This document shows, one piece after another, positions 1 to 8,300 of a stretch of DNA of 26,002 bases. Below the pieces are notes generated by a model that saw only the letters and a program-made list of their open reading frames with translations, was not told where the DNA came from and ran no database searches. Position 1 is the stretch's first letter. Each line of letters starts with the position of its first letter. The translations under genes and the position numbers were made by a program. The stretch covers positions 1-26,002 of the forward strand of contig CATMOE010000052.1 in the NCBI GenBank assembly GCA_950072105.1, read 5' to 3'. The DNA is from an uncultured Dehalococcoidia bacterium. Lineage in GTDB: Bacteria; Chloroflexota; Dehalococcoidia; Lucifugimonadales; UBA3495.

Positions 1-831
1 AATATGATCACTCCGGAAAAACGCGCCGCCGCTGCCCGGTTGGTCAAATCCGGCCGCGCCGTGTCGTTGAGCCGCGAATTCCCGAAAACCCCGGCGGCAA
101 ACAATCCCACCCCAGCCATCCACTTCATGAAGCGTGGCGTTCGGGAGGAGGGCGGCGGCTCGGCCACCGATTTCTACGGCATCTCCTATCACGGCCAAGC
201 GACCACCCACCTGGATGCTCTATGCCACGTCTGGGACCATAACGGGATGTGGAACGGCCGCAACGCCGACGACGTCATAACCTTCGACGGCGCGACTTGG
301 GGCTCGGTGGAGCACTGGAAGGAAGGAATCATTACCCGGGGAGTGCTTTTGGACGTTCCCAAGTTCCGGGGACAGCCCTTCGTAAAATTGGATGAGCCGA
401 TCCACGGATGGGACCTGGAAGACGTCGCCAAGGCTCAAGGGGTCACCATGGAGCCGGGTGACGCGCTGATCGTCTACGGCGGCCGAGACGCTTGGAACGA
501 GGTCAATCCACAATGGGGGTCCCTTCCGGAGCCCGGCCAGCCCCGCCAACGGGCGGGCCTGCATGCTTCATGCCTCAAGTTCATCCGGGAGTCGGACTGC
601 TCCCTGCTAGTCTGGGACATGATGGATTTCGAGCCCAACGGATACGACATTCCCTGGTCGGTGCACGGCTCAATCTTCGCCTACGGCATCGGTCTGCTGG
701 ACAACGCGCTGCTGCAGCCACTAGCTGAGGCCTGCGCCGAGGAAGGCCGTTACGAGTTCATGCTCACCGTCAACCCGCTCCGGGTCGTGGGAGGGACCGG
801 CTCCCCGGTTAATCCCATAGCGCTGTTTTAA
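1..831 (+). CDS. Cyclase-family (kynurenine formamidase-like) metal-dependent hydrolase, probably 5'-truncated by the window edge
   Basis: Metal motif HGQATTHLDALCH, TRGVLLDV and C-terminal GGTGSPVNPIA are typical of the putative cyclase family. The frame is open from base 1 (N-M-I-T-P), so the real start is probably upstream. Confidence 0.85.
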   Translation, partial: NMITPEKRAAAARLVKSGRAVSLSREFPKTPAANNPTPAIHFMKRGVREEGGGSATDFYGISYHGQATTHLDALCHVWDHNGMWNGRNADDVITFDGATWGSVEHWKEGIITRGVLLDVPKFRGQPFVKLDEPIHGWDLEDVAKAQGVTMEPGDALIVYGGRDAWNEVNPQWGSLPEPGQPRQRAGLHASCLKFIRESDCSLLVWDMMDFEPNGYDIPWSVHGSIFAYGIGLLDNALLQPLAEACAEEGRYEFMLTVNPLRVVGGTGSPVNPIALF

Positions 832-912
832 GGGGAGATCACCCGGGCATGCTTATTTTCCCCGGTATTGTTAGGGCCACGCTTCGCGGTGGAAAACTTC
901 CGCCGGACCAAG

Positions 913-942
913 AAAAAAGCAGAGGCTAAATCATCTCTGCTT
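913..942 (-). terminator. Intrinsic terminator between convergent genes
   Basis: Stem AAGCAGAG (917-924) / CTCTGCTT (935-942). The A-run at 913-918 gives a U-tract on the minus strand, downstream of dppC. A second hairpin CCTGCGG/CCGCAGG lies at 961-983. Confidence 0.6.
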
Positions 943-1005
943 AACTTTTCCCTATTCGAACCTGCGGCTTCGATGACCGCAGGCGCCAGCTAGTCAAACG
1001 GCCTT

Positions 1006-2046
1006 TTACTCCATCTGTCGCAAACGGGGATCCAAAGTGTCGCGGAGCCAGTCGCCTAATAGGTTCAGGGCCACCACTGTCATCATTATCGCCAATCCGG
1101 GGAAAGTGGATGACCACCAGATGCCGCCGGCCAGCTTGTCGCGGCCTTCGGCGATCATAGATCCCCAGGCGGGCGTGGGTGGCGGAACGCCCGCACCCAG
1201 GAAGCTTAGGGTGGATTCCAGCAAGATCACGATGCCAACTTGTAAAGTGGCCACTACGATCAACGTGTTGATCGTGCCTGGAAAGATGTGGATGAACATT
1301 ATCCGCGCCGTGGAAGCCCCGGAAATCTTAGCTAACGCCACGTAATCCGAGTGTTTCAGTTGCAGAACTTCACCCCGCACCTGCCGGGCGAATCGAGGCC
1401 AGATAAAGATGGCCAGCACTGTTAGGATGACCCCAAAGGATTGACCCAGGGTAATCACCAGCACAAGGGCTATAAGGATGAGCGGGATAGATAATTTGAT
1501 GTCCACCAAACGCATCAGGACCTCGTCTACCCAGCCGCCGTACCAGCCGGCCGCCAATCCAACCACAACACCAAATGTCCCACCGATCCCCAGCGTCACC
1601 ACCGCCACGATCACGGAGATACGGGCCCCGTAGATAATTCTAGAGAGCACGTCCCGGCCCAAGCTGTCCGACCCCAAAATGTATCTTGCGCTGCCGCCGG
1701 GTTTGGTCAAAATCTCTAACTTATCTCCCAATTCGGCTTCAGGGTCTACCTTTTTCGCTTTCCTCAGGTCGATCTGGGTCAACCTGCCGTCAATGGTCAC
1801 CCGGTCCACCACGGTCTTGATGCCGTACTCCGGGCTGTACCAGAAAGGCGGGATGTGCCTTTCCTGCAAATTTCCCTTCTCTGGATCGTGGGGAGAGATC
1901 AAGGGCGCCGTCAACCCGGACAACACGACTACGGTCAAAATGACAACCGGAATGATCGGCAAACGCCGCAACTTGCGGTAGATCCCGTTTAGTTGAGTTA
2001 GCCGCCCTGCGGGACTTGGGGCTATGCCAGTGATTTCAACAGCCAT
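1006..2046 (-). CDS. dppC: Peptide/nickel ABC transporter permease, DppC/OppC type, with a ~45-aa loop insertion
   Basis: LGSDSLGRDVLSRIIYGARIS, EAA-like loop DYVALAKISGAST, LSFLGAGVPPPTPAWG, C-terminal GDWLRDTLDPR. Confidence 0.93.
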   Translation of the reverse strand: MAVEITGIAPSPAGRLTQLNGIYRKLRRLPIIPVVILTVVVLSGLTAPLISPHDPEKGNLQERHIPPFWYSPEYGIKTVVDRVTIDGRLTQIDLRKAKKVDPEAELGDKLEILTKPGGSARYILGSDSLGRDVLSRIIYGARISVIVAVVTLGIGGTFGVVVGLAAGWYGGWVDEVLMRLVDIKLSIPLILIALVLVITLGQSFGVILTVLAIFIWPRFARQVRGEVLQLKHSDYVALAKISGASTARIMFIHIFPGTINTLIVVATLQVGIVILLESTLSFLGAGVPPPTPAWGSMIAEGRDKLAGGIWWSSTFPGLAIMMTVVALNLLGDWLRDTLDPRLRQME

Positions 2047-2061
2047 ATCTTATCCAACCAT

Positions 2062-2979
2062 CTAGGCATAACGAATACGGGGGTCAACGTATGCATATAG
2101 GACGTCTACCAAGACCGCGACGGTGACATACATGAGGGTGAAGGTGATTACTACACCCTGTAGGAGAGGATAATCGAAGGCAAACAGGGCATCGACGGCT
2201 AGGCGGCCCAGACCGGGCCAGGCAAATACCGTTTCGACCACCAGCGAACCGGTGACCAGGGCTCCCAAGGTCACCCCGGCAAATGTCAGGGGTGGAATCA
2301 ATGCGTTTCGTAAGCCGTGCTTCAGAATGACCCCAGTGTTACTCACCCCCTTAGCCCGGGCAAGTTTGACATACTCGGAGTCCAACACGTCTAGCATGGC
2401 CGAACGTATCAAGCGCAGATTAGCTGCCGCGTAGTACCAGCCCAGTGTTATGGCGGGCAGCAAGATACTGTTCCAATCTTCTCTGCCGTAAGGCGGAACC
2501 CAGCGTAATTTAACCGCGAATAAAAACATTAGCATTATGCCCAGCCAGAATGGCGGGGCCGATTGACCGATGAGTGCAACCATCTTACCAAACCGGTCGA
2601 GGATCGCCCCCCTTGTCACCGCGGACAAAATGCCCAAAGGCACTCCCACGAGCAACGAAATCGAGAAGGCGACGAATCCCAGTAACAGTGTGGCCGGCGC
2701 GCGCTCCAGAATGACATCCATCACCGGACGCCCCTCTTTAACAGACCTGCCAAAATCCCCTCGGACCGCGCCCGAGACGAAGAGACCGTATTGCTGCCAA
2801 TAGGGCTTGTCCAAGCCCAAAACCTCTCCCATACGATCCCAGTCTTCCTGGGTCGAATAATCGTCCAGGTAGATGTGTCTGGGGTCACCGGAAACCCGGC
2901 CCAAGATGAAAATAATCACCGATACTGACAGTAACGTGACGAACGCCAGCACGATCCGGCGAGCCAAGAACTTTTGCAT
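2062..2979 (-). CDS. dppB: Peptide/nickel ABC transporter permease, DppB/OppB type
   Basis: GDP...GLDKP...GDFGRS, EYVKLARAKG, VETVFAWPGLG, C-terminal DPRIRY. Confidence 0.95.
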   Translation of the reverse strand: MQKFLARRIVLAFVTLLSVSVIIFILGRVSGDPRHIYLDDYSTQEDWDRMGEVLGLDKPYWQQYGLFVSGAVRGDFGRSVKEGRPVMDVILERAPATLLLGFVAFSISLLVGVPLGILSAVTRGAILDRFGKMVALIGQSAPPFWLGIMLMFLFAVKLRWVPPYGREDWNSILLPAITLGWYYAAANLRLIRSAMLDVLDSEYVKLARAKGVSNTGVILKHGLRNALIPPLTFAGVTLGALVTGSLVVETVFAWPGLGRLAVDALFAFDYPLLQGVVITFTLMYVTVAVLVDVLYAYVDPRIRYA

Positions 2980-2980
2980 A

Positions 2981-3529
2981 TTAAATAACCGTTACCCGGC
3001 GCCGTCTCTTTTCAACATTTTCCCGGAACAGCGATATGGTAATCACCGTTAAGTTAGCACCCAGTGTTGCGCCCAGCGCGGCGTAATAAACCGGCGTATC
3101 TGTGCGCATCGCACAACATTCAATCTCCCGGTTTGAACCGTAAGCATACCCTATTCCGGCGCTCAGCGTGCCGATCGCTACGACGGTTACCGCCGTGGCA
3201 ACGCGCCTTAGGTTGTTCCCGCCATCTAACTGCAGCCAAGCTAACAGACTGCCGGCCGCCGCGCCAACGCCAGCGCTAAACATCAGGGTCGCGGTCCAGA
3301 CGGCCAGCGACTGAGACCCCGAAAATATGAAGATGCCCCAGGCTACGGCTATGCTAATTATTGTTGATACTAGCCCTAGACCGGCGCCCAAGGCGACTCG
3401 GCCGGCAAAGAGCAACGCCGGCCCTAACTGATCTCGAATTTTTTCGCCGTAAGATATCTGCAATTGTAGCCGAGGCGGCTTTGGGGGCTCCAGACCAATC
3501 TGTTCTAACAGCGTAGACCGGTAGGCCAT
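2981..3529 (-). CDS. Hypothetical membrane protein (about 4 TM segments) within the ABC operon
   Basis: 182-aa ORF with Gly/Ala-rich hydrophobic stretches and a basic C-terminus. It fills the gap between the SBP and dppB, and its stop is 1 nt from the dppB ATG. Confidence 0.75.
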   Translation of the reverse strand: MAYRSTLLEQIGLEPPKPPRLQLQISYGEKIRDQLGPALLFAGRVALGAGLGLVSTIISIAVAWGIFIFSGSQSLAVWTATLMFSAGVGAAAGSLLAWLQLDGGNNLRRVATAVTVVAIGTLSAGIGYAYGSNREIECCAMRTDTPVYYAALGATLGANLTVITISLFRENVEKRRRRVTVI

Positions 3530-3578
3530 GAGCGAAATACATCATGGTCTACCGGTCTTGGTTGAGCCCCAGTATTCT

Positions 3579-5429
3579 TTATCTGTGTTTGATGTACTCG
3601 AATCCAGACGGAGACCTGACCTCACTGAAACCGAACGGAGTCCATTCCGGATCCAATGCGGGTCCAACCGGCCAGATGCCGTCGTGGGCGTAGAGCGCGA
3701 AGGACATTACGTTGTCGTACATCCAACCGTAGACTTCCTTTTCCTTCTGCGCCAGCTTTACCGGGTCAACTTCCGACAGAGCATCGGTGATGTGCTCCTC
3801 CATCCATGGGTGCTCGGTCCCGTAGCTGAAGGTGGACTTCTTAACGTAGTTGGAAGCTCCGATAACCGGGGTCAGCCTTTGGCTAACGGTGTGACAGGTA
3901 ACTCCCTGGTACTTCCGGGTGATCAACTCAGGCCGGATCGTGGCGTAGGGAACCTTCTGAATCTTTACATCGATACCGATGTCTTCCCAGTACTGAGCAA
4001 CCGCTTCGCAAGCCTCGACTTCGGCGGGTGCCCCCCGGATTGCCGGAGTCAGCGTGATGGAGAACCCATCGGGATAGCCGGCTTCAGCCAGCAATACCCT
4101 GGCTGCGTCCGGATCGAACGGGAATGTCCACCGGGGATCGGCCTTGGCTTCATGGCCCATCCAGTCTCGCATAAACAGAGGTTTTCCGAATCCAGACAAC
4201 AGCGTGTCCACGATGACCTCGCGGTCGATGGAGATAGCCATCGCCCTTTTTACCTTGACGGCCCGCGCCCATTCCTCTGATTCCGGGTCAGGATCGGCCG
4301 AGATCCATGCATTGTTCGAGTCTAAGTGTTTGTAAGGATTGCCGTCCTTATCTGTTCCATAGGTTTGGCCATATATGTTCAGGCCGGCTTGTCCCGCGTT
4401 TGGCCACGCGACGATCTTGGCGCCCTCAACGGCCTCCACAGTCGGCAGGGAGTCGAAGGACATCTCAAATATATCCAGTTTGCCGGTTTGGAATCCGGCT
4501 ACCCGGGCGGCCTCTTCGGGTATCGACCACAGGGTCAGCTCCTGGAAGTACGGGGTCTGACGCCAATGGTTCTCGACGGCCTCGAACCGCCAAAACTCGC
4601 CGCTGGAGTGTTCCTTAATCTCCCAAGGACCTGTCGCGGCAATGTCCTTGCTGGCAACTTCGGGAGTCAATTCATCGGATTGTTTCTTGCTGACTACCGA
4701 GGTGCTGACACCTCCCAGGTGACGCATCATCTCGTATGCCCGCGCCGGGACCCAAGGGGTGCCGGTGTCGAGTTTGATGGTGTAGTCGTCAACGAATTCC
4801 TGGGAGCCGCCATCGTTGCCCAGCCAGAAGTCGCCAATGATTCCGGCCCTGGCCAGGAGAGCGCCCTCGTGGTAATTCTTGTAGGTGTAGAAGACGTCTT
4901 CCATAGTCATCTTGCCATAGCCCTTGTGGAACTCTACATCCTCCCTAATCCTGATGGTCCAGGTAAGGAAGTCGTCGGAAATGCTCCACTCGGTGGCCAG
5001 CATCGGGCCAGGGGAAAGATCCTTCTGGATGGCGAACATCGATTCACCGAAAGTGACGGCTGAATACTGAACTCGCGGGCTGGAAATGAACCTGGGATGC
5101 CCTTCGAATATCCCGGTTTCCTTTACTCCGTAGTTAATGGAGCCCGCAGGTTTCATTAACTCTCCGGAGGACATCGCAGCCGAAACCGGAGTAGCCACAA
5201 CTTCCTTTATTACTTCCTTGATAACCTCTTTTTCAACTATAACCTCTACGGGAACTTCCTTGATGACCTCTTTTTCAACCACTACCTCTTTAGTTATTTC
5301 CTTGACTACTTCCCTTTCCACCACGATCGGCGTGGCGGCCGCGCCGCCACAAGCGGCAGCTATCGCAAGAATCAAAATCAAGGGAATCCAAATGATTGCT
5401 TTAGACACCGGGATCCTAGGGTAAACCAA
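3579..5429 (-). CDS. ABC transporter substrate-binding lipoprotein, family 5 (DppA/OppA-like)
   Basis: Lipobox-like IAAAC, LATEWSISDDFLTWTIRIREDVEFH, ATGPW, DPDAARVLLAEAGYPDGF. GGAGG is well spaced to a TTG at 5429, whereas the track's GTG at 5435 abuts the SD. Confidence 0.92.
   Translation of the reverse strand: MVYPRIPVSKAIIWIPLILILAIAAACGGAAATPIVVEREVVKEITKEVVVEKEVIKEVPVEVIVEKEVIKEVIKEVVATPVSAAMSSGELMKPAGSINYGVKETGIFEGHPRFISSPRVQYSAVTFGESMFAIQKDLSPGPMLATEWSISDDFLTWTIRIREDVEFHKGYGKMTMEDVFYTYKNYHEGALLARAGIIGDFWLGNDGGSQEFVDDYTIKLDTGTPWVPARAYEMMRHLGGVSTSVVSKKQSDELTPEVASKDIAATGPWEIKEHSSGEFWRFEAVENHWRQTPYFQELTLWSIPEEAARVAGFQTGKLDIFEMSFDSLPTVEAVEGAKIVAWPNAGQAGLNIYGQTYGTDKDGNPYKHLDSNNAWISADPDPESEEWARAVKVKRAMAISIDREVIVDTLLSGFGKPLFMRDWMGHEAKADPRWTFPFDPDAARVLLAEAGYPDGFSITLTPAIRGAPAEVEACEAVAQYWEDIGIDVKIQKVPYATIRPELITRKYQGVTCHTVSQRLTPVIGASNYVKKSTFSYGTEHPWMEEHITDALSEVDPVKLAQKEKEVYGWMYDNVMSFALYAHDGIWPVGPALDPEWTPFGFSEVRSPSGFEYIKHR
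5196..5327 (-). repeat. Low-complexity V/I-E-K coding repeat (VEKEVIKEV) in the SBP tether
   Basis: IVVEREVVKEITKEVVVEKEVIKEVPVEVIVEKEVIKEVIKEVV follows shortly after the lipidated Cys. Confidence 0.85.
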
Positions 5430-5732
5430 GATCACACCTCCAAAAATTATGGTCCAGGGAATTCAATTGCTCAATTCCAAGGTCAGTCGGCCACGACATC
5501 AGAAGAAACTACAGGAACTACGTTGGAGTAGGGTCTACGGATTTATCCGTTGATTATTCGATACAAATAACAAGAATAAATACATATGACGCTTTCCGCT
5601 AAAGGTTATTGTTAAGAGATCCTACATACGCCATGTTATCATGAAAGTCAATACTATAGGGCACCCTTTCTACCTGTAGACAAGCGTTCGGAGGGACTGC
5701 ACCAAAGGAGCGGAAACAACGAAAGTAACCAG

Positions 5733-5809
5733 TGGTGGGCCTGGATGGACTCGAACCATCGACCTCGGTCTTATCAGGACCGCGCTCTAGCCGCCTGAGC
5801 TACAGGCCC
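5733..5809 (-). tRNA. tRNA-Ile (anticodon GAT) with encoded CCA
   Basis: Reverse complement is GGGCCTGTAGCTCAGGCGGCTAGAGCGCGGTCCTGATAAGACCGAGGTCGATGGTTCGAGTCCATCCAGGCCCACCA (77 nt). Full cloverleaf: anticodon stem CGGTC/GACCG, loop CT-GAT-AA, T-arm GATGG-TTCGAGT-CCATC. Confidence 0.98.
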
Positions 5810-5831
5810 AGTCAGGGATGATACCGACTAA

Positions 5832-5860
5832 ATTATAGCTACTGCCCACTCAGGTAGCAA
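5832..5860 (-). promoter_or_regulatory. Sigma70-type promoter of tRNA-Ile
   Basis: Minus strand reads TTGCTA-N17-TATAAT, ending about 22 nt upstream of the tRNA. Confidence 0.75.
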
Positions 5861-5934
5861 GGAGCGGGATTCTTTCACTGTTTTATAGACCGTCAGTAGG
5901 GTACCGATTCCAGGTGGCCCCGTGGTCGAAGCGT

Positions 5935-7170
5935 CTACGCTGCGCCGGGTCTGGACACATCACCACCGTTGCCGTCATCATGGGGTACGAAAACGTCACG
6001 AGCCATCCGCCGCCGCCGTCGTCGTATGGCAGCTCTGCCGTTCGGACGCGCGGCCTGGCGGTATCCGGGTAATTGGGGCGGTCCGTCGACTGGCCAGTTC
6101 TTCGGAAACTCCAGGCTCCGCATCGGGTAGTTGATGACGATGCCTTCTTTTTTGAAACTCCGGTGCAAGTGCTGTATCAGGGCCGTCTGCAGATCGTAGC
6201 CGGCCAACCGGTCCTTGGCCTGGACGAACAACCAGAAATTCACGTTGGATTCCCCGAATTTATCGAACCCGAACCATCCACCATATTCTTTGACAGCGGC
6301 GGGTGATGTCTCCAGCACCTCGTCCATCACCTGCCGGCAAACCTCCTCCACCCGGTAGAGGTCTGAGTCGTAACTTACGCCGCAGGGCAACCACACGTTG
6401 ACCGCCGGTATCGGCCTTTGGTAGTTGGTAATGATGGTCTCCGCGAACTTGCTGTTGGGCACCACCACCAAGTTATTTCCCCAGGTGCGTACCCGGGTGC
6501 TACGCCAGCCAACCTCAACCACATAGCCAGCGATGCTTCCTTCAAGTTGAACATAATCCCCCGGGCTGACAACGCCCTCCGTCATGACATAGGTCCCGGC
6601 AAACAGGTTGGCCAGCGTGGGCTGAATCGCCAGAGCTACGGCCAGACCTCCCAACCCCAAACCGGCGATCAAGGGACTGATGCTTATTCCCAGCAGGTCC
6701 AGGATGAGAAGGCCGCCGATACCGTAGATCAAAGCCACGGCGCCACGCCGCAACAGGGGGATAAGCTTGACGTCGATCACTTGTTGGGTGTGCGATGCCA
6801 GGGTTTCCAAATACCAATCGATTCCCCGGGACAATGCCCCTACCAACGCGAAAATCCCGAGAACGATGCCAAGAAGGCCAAATACTTTATCCGCGGACCC
6901 TTGTTGAGGGCCGGTCAATTCAAACGCCGTGGTTACGGCCAGATAAGACCCAAGAACCAATATTCCCAAGGTGAGAGGCCAACGGGTCGCGCGCATCATC
7001 CTGGAGGCCAGGTCCGAGGGGGTCCGTTGAGAGATGTGGAGCGCTAAGCGAAATATCAGCTTGTGGAAAATCCAAGCCGCGAGCAACGAAACCAGCAGAA
7101 TCGCTCCGAACATCGCCGGGGCCAACCATACTTGGTCTTCCAATCCAAAACGAGCCAGGAACGAGTACAT
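5935..7170 (-). CDS. mscS: Small-conductance mechanosensitive channel (MscS family, extra N-terminal TMs)
   Basis: LIAGLGLGGLAVALAIQPTLANLFAG, GDYV, VVEVGWRSTRVRT, VVPNS, GVSYDSD, GIVINYP. Confidence 0.93.
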   Translation of the reverse strand: MYSFLARFGLEDQVWLAPAMFGAILLVSLLAAWIFHKLIFRLALHISQRTPSDLASRMMRATRWPLTLGILVLGSYLAVTTAFELTGPQQGSADKVFGLLGIVLGIFALVGALSRGIDWYLETLASHTQQVIDVKLIPLLRRGAVALIYGIGGLLILDLLGISISPLIAGLGLGGLAVALAIQPTLANLFAGTYVMTEGVVSPGDYVQLEGSIAGYVVEVGWRSTRVRTWGNNLVVVPNSKFAETIITNYQRPIPAVNVWLPCGVSYDSDLYRVEEVCRQVMDEVLETSPAAVKEYGGWFGFDKFGESNVNFWLFVQAKDRLAGYDLQTALIQHLHRSFKKEGIVINYPMRSLEFPKNWPVDGPPQLPGYRQAARPNGRAAIRRRRRRMARDVFVPHDDGNGGDVSRPGAA

Positions 7171-7242
7171 CTTGTGATGCTACTCCGGTTAGTAGCGGTC
7201 GTCGCTAAGATTAGGCACGATCAGGTACGTGCCACACCTAGG

Positions 7243-7251
7243 ATTATATCA
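7243..7251 (-). promoter_or_regulatory. Extended -10 promoter upstream of mscS
   Basis: Minus strand TG-A-TATAAT about 70 nt upstream of the mscS ATG. Confidence 0.6.
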
Positions 7252-7495
7252 CCGGGGACCTCCCTCTCCAGGCTTAAACTTAGACCGATTAGGCTCACTT
7301 TGCGGCATTTTATCCATCTCCATCACCAACTGCTCGCCGAGCCACGGGACTGATTGTTCTGAGCAGTGCAGTTGGAGAACCGGGCAGCCCCCAAAAGTCA
7401 CATCACAGAACCTAAAACCGGACGATCATCAAGTTTGCGGATCGATCGAACTGTTGATGTCAAACCCGAGTGGTTAACCGTCCGGCGCGGGCGTC

Positions 7496-8146
7496 TTAGG
7501 GCTGGGGAAAGGCTTCCGCCCCTAGTAGTGGGACGAACCTGCAGGGACCCAGCACGCGCAACGACAACCCTTCATCCGTGCGGCGGGCCTGAACCAATTC
7601 TTGTTGGGACAATGTCCCTACCGGAATCACCAATCGCCCGCCGATCGCCAGTTGGGAGATCAAGGATTTGGGCAGTCGAGGCGCCGCGGCGGTTACGATG
7701 ATGGCATCATATGGGCCTTTGGAAGGGCAGCCCAGCGAGGAGCCGGCCAATTGCACTTCCACGTTGCGATAGCCCAACTCTTCAAGCCTCTGGCGAGCCT
7801 GTTGCATCAGGGCTGGAACTCTTTCCATGGTGACTACCCGCCCTCTGGGCGTCAGCGCCGAAAGAATCGCTGTTTGATAGCCGCTGCCCGTTCCAATCTC
7901 CAGCACTCTGTCGCCGCCGGAGAGTTCCATGGCCTCGGTCATCATGGCCACGATATAGGGTTGGGAGATCGTCTGCCCTTCTCCGATACTCAGGGGCAAG
8001 TCCAGATAGGCCATGTGGCGGCTGTCCTGAGGCACGAACCGCTCTCGGGGCACCTGCTCCATGGCGCGTATTACTGTTTCTGACGATATATTCCGCAGCA
8101 ATTTACGGAATAGCTCTCGCTTCGAATCAACCTGGCTTCTATCCAT
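7496..8146 (-). CDS. pcm: Protein-L-isoaspartate O-methyltransferase
   Basis: VPRERFVP, IGEGQTISQPYIVA, VLEIGTGSGYQTAIL, PYDAIIVTAAAP, GGRLVIPVG, CRFVPL. Start is ATG 8146 or GTG 8161. Confidence 0.96.
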   Translation of the reverse strand: MDRSQVDSKRELFRKLLRNISSETVIRAMEQVPRERFVPQDSRHMAYLDLPLSIGEGQTISQPYIVAMMTEAMELSGGDRVLEIGTGSGYQTAILSALTPRGRVVTMERVPALMQQARQRLEELGYRNVEVQLAGSSLGCPSKGPYDAIIVTAAAPRLPKSLISQLAIGGRLVIPVGTLSQQELVQARRTDEGLSLRVLGPCRFVPLLGAEAFPQP

Positions 8147-8170
8147 GCGAAAACATCTCACGATATATCC

Positions 8171-8179
8171 ACTATAGCA
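8171..8179 (-). promoter_or_regulatory. Extended -10 promoter for pcm
   Basis: Minus strand TG-C-TATAGT just upstream of pcm. Confidence 0.5.
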
Positions 8180-8245
8180 CGAGACTCCATTCCCAACGAT
8201 AAAGGCACTGCCGGCGGGGCCCAGCGACTTGCATGAGTCCTCGCA

Positions 8246-8274
8246 TTGACGCTAATCTATCCCTATGATAGTCT
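8246..8274 (+). promoter_or_regulatory. Sigma70-type promoter for the HTH regulator / heme cluster
   Basis: TTGACG (8246-8251)-N17-TAGTCT (8269-8274), with TG at the extended -10 position. Confidence 0.7.
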
Positions 8275-8300
8275 CAAAACGTCTCGGCTTTGCTTTGTAA

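Noticed and set aside
5196..5327. CRISPR-like or DNA-level tandem array
   Set aside because: The periodicity is at protein level with synonymous variation; there are no constant repeats with unique spacers and no cas genes.
5616..5652. Promoter for the SBP operon (TTGACT on the minus strand)
   Set aside because: No convincing -10 at 16-18 bp spacing, so it was not called.
832..5809. tRNA-anchored integrative element or prophage
   Set aside because: No integrase, no phage genes and no duplicate of the tRNA 3' end in the window.
7330..7380. NiCo or c-di-AMP riboswitch upstream of mscS
   Set aside because: CTGAGCAG and GGGAC fragments are on the wrong strand and in the wrong order, and c-di-AMP consensus blocks are absent.
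7249..7401. Small minus-strand ORF ending ...SKFKPGEGGPR
   Set aside because: About 50 codons, no clear SD, overlaps the mscS promoter, and the resemblance to FKPG motifs is too short to support.
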